From IMG/VR virus record IMGVR_UViG_3300044878_000191, positions 1-35,929 of that record: a DNA stretch of 35,929 nucleotides; one strand, 5' to 3'. Positions 33,118 to 35,929 of this stretch are shown here, piece by piece. The translations under genes and the position numbers were made by a program. A model generated the notes under the pieces. It did no database searches. It was given only the letters and a program-made list of their open reading frames with translations, and had not been told where the DNA came from. Positions within the stretch are counted from its first letter, which is position 1. Each line of letters opens with the position of its first letter. This DNA comes from a virus. Taxonomy: Duplodnaviria; Caudoviricetes.

Positions 33118-34509
33118 TTAAATTTTTTTATATATTAATTTTACTTGTCTTTCTAATTCTTTGTCTTTAAAATCAAAATCAGAATTAGCTAACCATTTTA
33201 TATAGTGCCTTTTTTTGTAATAAAGTTCTTTTACCTTTTTACCCTTGTTTGTGCCGAAAGTTATTACAGCATCTCCTGGATTATGTGCGCCAAATACATA
33301 CTCTACTTTTGGTTTTCCACCTTTTCTTAAAAAGTCTTTTGTGAATACTTTACCACTATCAGTAGTTACATCAGTTATCAGTATATCTTTTTTGAATAAC
33401 CCCCATCCATAACCTTCTATATGTTCATAATTTAAATCTCTTACGTCTCCATGTATTCTAACATTTCCTGCAAAATCTATAATCCTACCAAACTCTTTGT
33501 CTTTATGTATTCTCGTAATTCTACCTGTCTTTTGCATGTGCAACCTTATTGAATTAGTTGGTGTACAGTCTATTATATTTTTAAGACTTGGCTTGTCAAA
33601 CCCAACTGTTAATGCTAAAGGAGTTATAGCGACTCTGTACTTATCTTCTTTAAAACCATCAACAAACTCTTTTCTCTGTTTTTTAGTTATCTTAGAGTGT
33701 ATTGCAACAGAGCTTGGTATCATTTTTTGTAACTCTTCAGCTTCTTCTATACTTGGTACAAACACTAATGCGTCTTCCCCTTCAGGCAAACGACTTAAAA
33801 ATTTTGCAACTTTTTCTTTTAAATCAGAAGCTTCATAAAATGATTTTTTAGACTCTTCTGTGTAATCATTACCGCTAGTATTAATTTCTAATAAAGGTTG
33901 CTTAGAATAGTCAACAACATCAAAATAGCGAATGTCTGACCAGTAATTCTTACTAACTAATTCCTCTATCTGAGTTACAAAACAAATATCCTTAAAAAAT
34001 GCTCCTTTTACGTTGTGCATCATTCTTGTAACAGACCCATCCATTGTTTTTTCTAAATAAAAAGCACTAGCAGTTAACCCAAGACAAGATTTTATTTTTA
34101 ACTTCTTTAGTAACTTAACCATTTCTGAATCTGGTTTACTTGCAAAGTCGCACTCGTCTACTATTACATATTTTACGTTTAAATCTTTAAAGTCTTTGTA
34201 CGTTATTGATTTTGGAGTAGCGTAAATTAGATTATGCTCTGTTTCTTTTCTATTAGCCGAGGCAGAAAAAACAGAGTATTTTGCACCAATTGCCTCTAAC
34301 TTTTCAATACCTTGATTAAGTAAGTCAATATTAGGTTGTAATACTAAAACTCTGCCGTCTTTTAACTCTGTAGATATATGAGAAACAATAACGGCTTTTC
34401 CAGCGGCTGTGGGTAGTATAGCTACCTCTTTTTTTCCAACAGTGTCTCTTAAAACATTTAAGCATGTTTTTACACACTCTTCCTGGTAGTCTCTTAGTTT
34501 ATAGCTCAT
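33118..34509 (-). CDS. Superfamily 2 DNA helicase (RadD/UvsW-like)
   Basis: LRDYQ Q-motif, PTAAGK, VDECD, GLTAS, LTVGFD, QKTGRITR, IIDFAGN; small C-terminal FG..KGK domain. Confidence 0.9.
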   Translation of the reverse strand: MSYKLRDYQEECVKTCLNVLRDTVGKKEVAILPTAAGKAVIVSHISTELKDGRVLVLQPNIDLLNQGIEKLEAIGAKYSVFSASANRKETEHNLIYATPKSITYKDFKDLNVKYVIVDECDFASKPDSEMVKLLKKLKIKSCLGLTASAFYLEKTMDGSVTRMMHNVKGAFFKDICFVTQIEELVSKNYWSDIRYFDVVDYSKQPLLEINTSGNDYTEESKKSFYEASDLKEKVAKFLSRLPEGEDALVFVPSIEEAEELQKMIPSSVAIHSKITKKQRKEFVDGFKEDKYRVAITPLALTVGFDKPSLKNIIDCTPTNSIRLHMQKTGRITRIHKDKEFGRIIDFAGNVRIHGDVRDLNYEHIEGYGWGLFKKDILITDVTTDSGKVFTKDFLRKGGKPKVEYVFGAHNPGDAVITFGTNKGKKVKELYYKKRHYIKWLANSDFDFKDKELERQVKLIYKKI

Positions 34510-34662
34510 CTTATTTATTCTGTTTATTATAAAGTTTAAGGCTCTTCCTAAGTCTTTTATCCTCTTCTTTTATAGAAATCCAACAACTTTTAGCTTTAAA
34601 ATCTGCTAGTTTATCAGTAGGTGTTCCTAAGTATTGAAAATATTCTGTTAACCTTCCCATTT

Positions 34663-34842
34663 TTAATCTTTAAATTGTTTTTGTATTTCTTCTTCTATTT
34701 CGTACAATCTTTTAATATCTGCCCTTCTTAGAAAGCCCGCAATAAAAAGTCTTTGAATATTAACTAACTCTAATTTTAGAATTTCATCTTCACAAACATA
34801 TAAACAATACGACAATGTTTTATTTATGTTATTTACTTTCAT
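34663..34842 (-). CDS. Hypothetical protein
   Basis: Start adjusted to MKVNNINK, downstream of the promoter at 34860. Confidence 0.6.
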   Translation of the reverse strand: MKVNNINKTLSYCLYVCEDEILKLELVNIQRLFIAGFLRRADIKRLYEIEEEIQKQFKD

Positions 34843-34859
34843 AAAGTGTTTATTTTTTA

Positions 34860-34890
34860 CAAAAATACTAAAAATAAACGACTTACGCAA
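34860..34890 (-). promoter_or_regulatory. Bacteroidota sigma-A promoter
   Basis: TTG-N20-TATTTTTG. Confidence 0.6.
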
Positions 34891-35929
34891 ATTTTTCTAT
34901 CTTTATTTTAGGTGTAATGTTAAACATTTTTTCAAATTCTCCTATCATAACATCATAGACAAGATTCTCCTTGCCTTCTATTGTGCATATACTGTCGTGT
35001 ATGGTAAGAAGCTCTATGTTTTTATACCTATTTCTTAGTACGTCAATACAATGGAAGATAAATTTACTTTCTAGTTTCTGTAGATTTATTGGAATATCTG
35101 CATAATTTTCTTTTTTCATATCTCTCATACAATAAAAAATAATTGGGAACTCTTGCTTAAAAACCTGTTCATACTTAGACAGTTTTTTTCTATTCTTATC
35201 AAAAAGTACTCCTCCAAATATTTTCTTTTTAAACTCTGTTCTATTTTTAGCTGTCAGGTTTACCCCTAGTTTATCAGCAAAAAATTCATAGAATCCAATA
35301 TTACAAACAACGTCTAGGTACTTATCCAACTCTTCTTCTGGAATGAATGGATATTTGTTTAAATATACTCTAAACAATAAAGGCTGGCTGTTTTTTAAAT
35401 CACATTGCATTATAGGTTTTCCATTGTAATTTAATGTTTTTCTAAGTATGGTTGCTATATTAGTCAAATTGTTATGTAGTCTGTTTCCTGTTTTATCAAC
35501 CGTTGCAAATTTTTCATCAAATCTATCGAGCATAGTATACATACTTTCTTTTGCACTACTTAGAATTTTTTTACTTTTTAAAATTTTATCTGCTTTTTTT
35601 CTATCTAAGTTTAGGTTTTCCATACAAGAAGTGACATAGGAATATGCATCATTTCTTTGAATAACTTCATTTTTTATAAGTTTTAAGGCTTTTTCTATTT
35701 TAGAGGATAATGTTTTATTTTCCATTTCCTCCAAATAAAATTTCTGTTTTTTATATGGGTCAGATATTTTATAACCTCTAGACTTTAAACCGACTTCGTA
35801 TTTATTATCACAAACTAAGATGCCTTCTTTTACTAACAAATCTAAAAAGTACTTGGTCTTGTTATAAGTTATTAGACTTCTAAGATATTCTAGTTTAATA
35901 GGTACATAATCATCAGATGAAAATTCTCT
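34883..35929 (-). CDS. Partial protein with family-A polymerase/T7-like palm motifs (replication protein)
   Basis: GNRLH, CDLKNSQP (motif A-like), R...K (motif B-like), LQ..ES, LTIHDSI (motif C-like). Frame is open to the right edge. Confidence 0.65.
   Translation of the reverse strand, partial: REFSSDDYVPIKLEYLRSLITYNKTKYFLDLLVKEGILVCDNKYEVGLKSRGYKISDPYKKQKFYLEEMENKTLSSKIEKALKLIKNEVIQRNDAYSYVTSCMENLNLDRKKADKILKSKKILSSAKESMYTMLDRFDEKFATVDKTGNRLHNNLTNIATILRKTLNYNGKPIMQCDLKNSQPLLFRVYLNKYPFIPEEELDKYLDVVCNIGFYEFFADKLGVNLTAKNRTEFKKKIFGGVLFDKNRKKLSKYEQVFKQEFPIIFYCMRDMKKENYADIPINLQKLESKFIFHCIDVLRNRYKNIELLTIHDSICTIEGKENLVYDVMIGEFEKMFNITPKIKIEKFA

Noticed and set aside
852-35639. All plus-strand ORFs in the track (e.g. 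852-1088, 1421-1768, 19506-19727, 33497-33838)
   Set aside because: Nearly all are antisense shadows of better minus-strand genes or cross non-coding structures. They have odd composition and mostly TTG/GTG starts.
1-35929. Stop-codon reassignment as seen in some Bacteroidota phages
   Set aside because: Conserved genes (helicase, RecA-like, PhoH) are intact in the standard code, and TAA, TAG and TGA all end genes at tight junctions.

Overview
AT-rich, 35.9-kb segment of a large dsDNA bacteriophage, very likely infecting Bacteroidota (TTG-N20-TAnnTTTG promoters, A-rich translation starts without Shine-Dalgarno). Essentially all real genes are on the minus strand and the standard code fits. 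In transcription order (right to left): replication/recombination genes (Pol A-palm-like protein, SF2 helicase, RecA/UvsX-like, PhoH, SSB-like, HNH/GIY-YIG nucleases, dATP/dGTP pyrophosphohydrolase-like, tRNA-CAT), a Tad1-like anti-defence gene, a largely non-coding 16.4-19.7 kb control region, about 45 small and often acidic early-type ORFs (ArdA-like, DenV-like, C5 methyltransferase), and finally an array of three attC-like hairpins bounding single-gene cassettes. The strongest unexplained signals are (1) that integron-like cassette array inside a phage, (2) a ~620-nt ORF-free, densely helical RNA candidate directly behind a Lys/Ala-rich gene, and (3) a chromosomal-type parS site with extra half-sites. 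All family assignments are from motif recognition by eye, with no database search.
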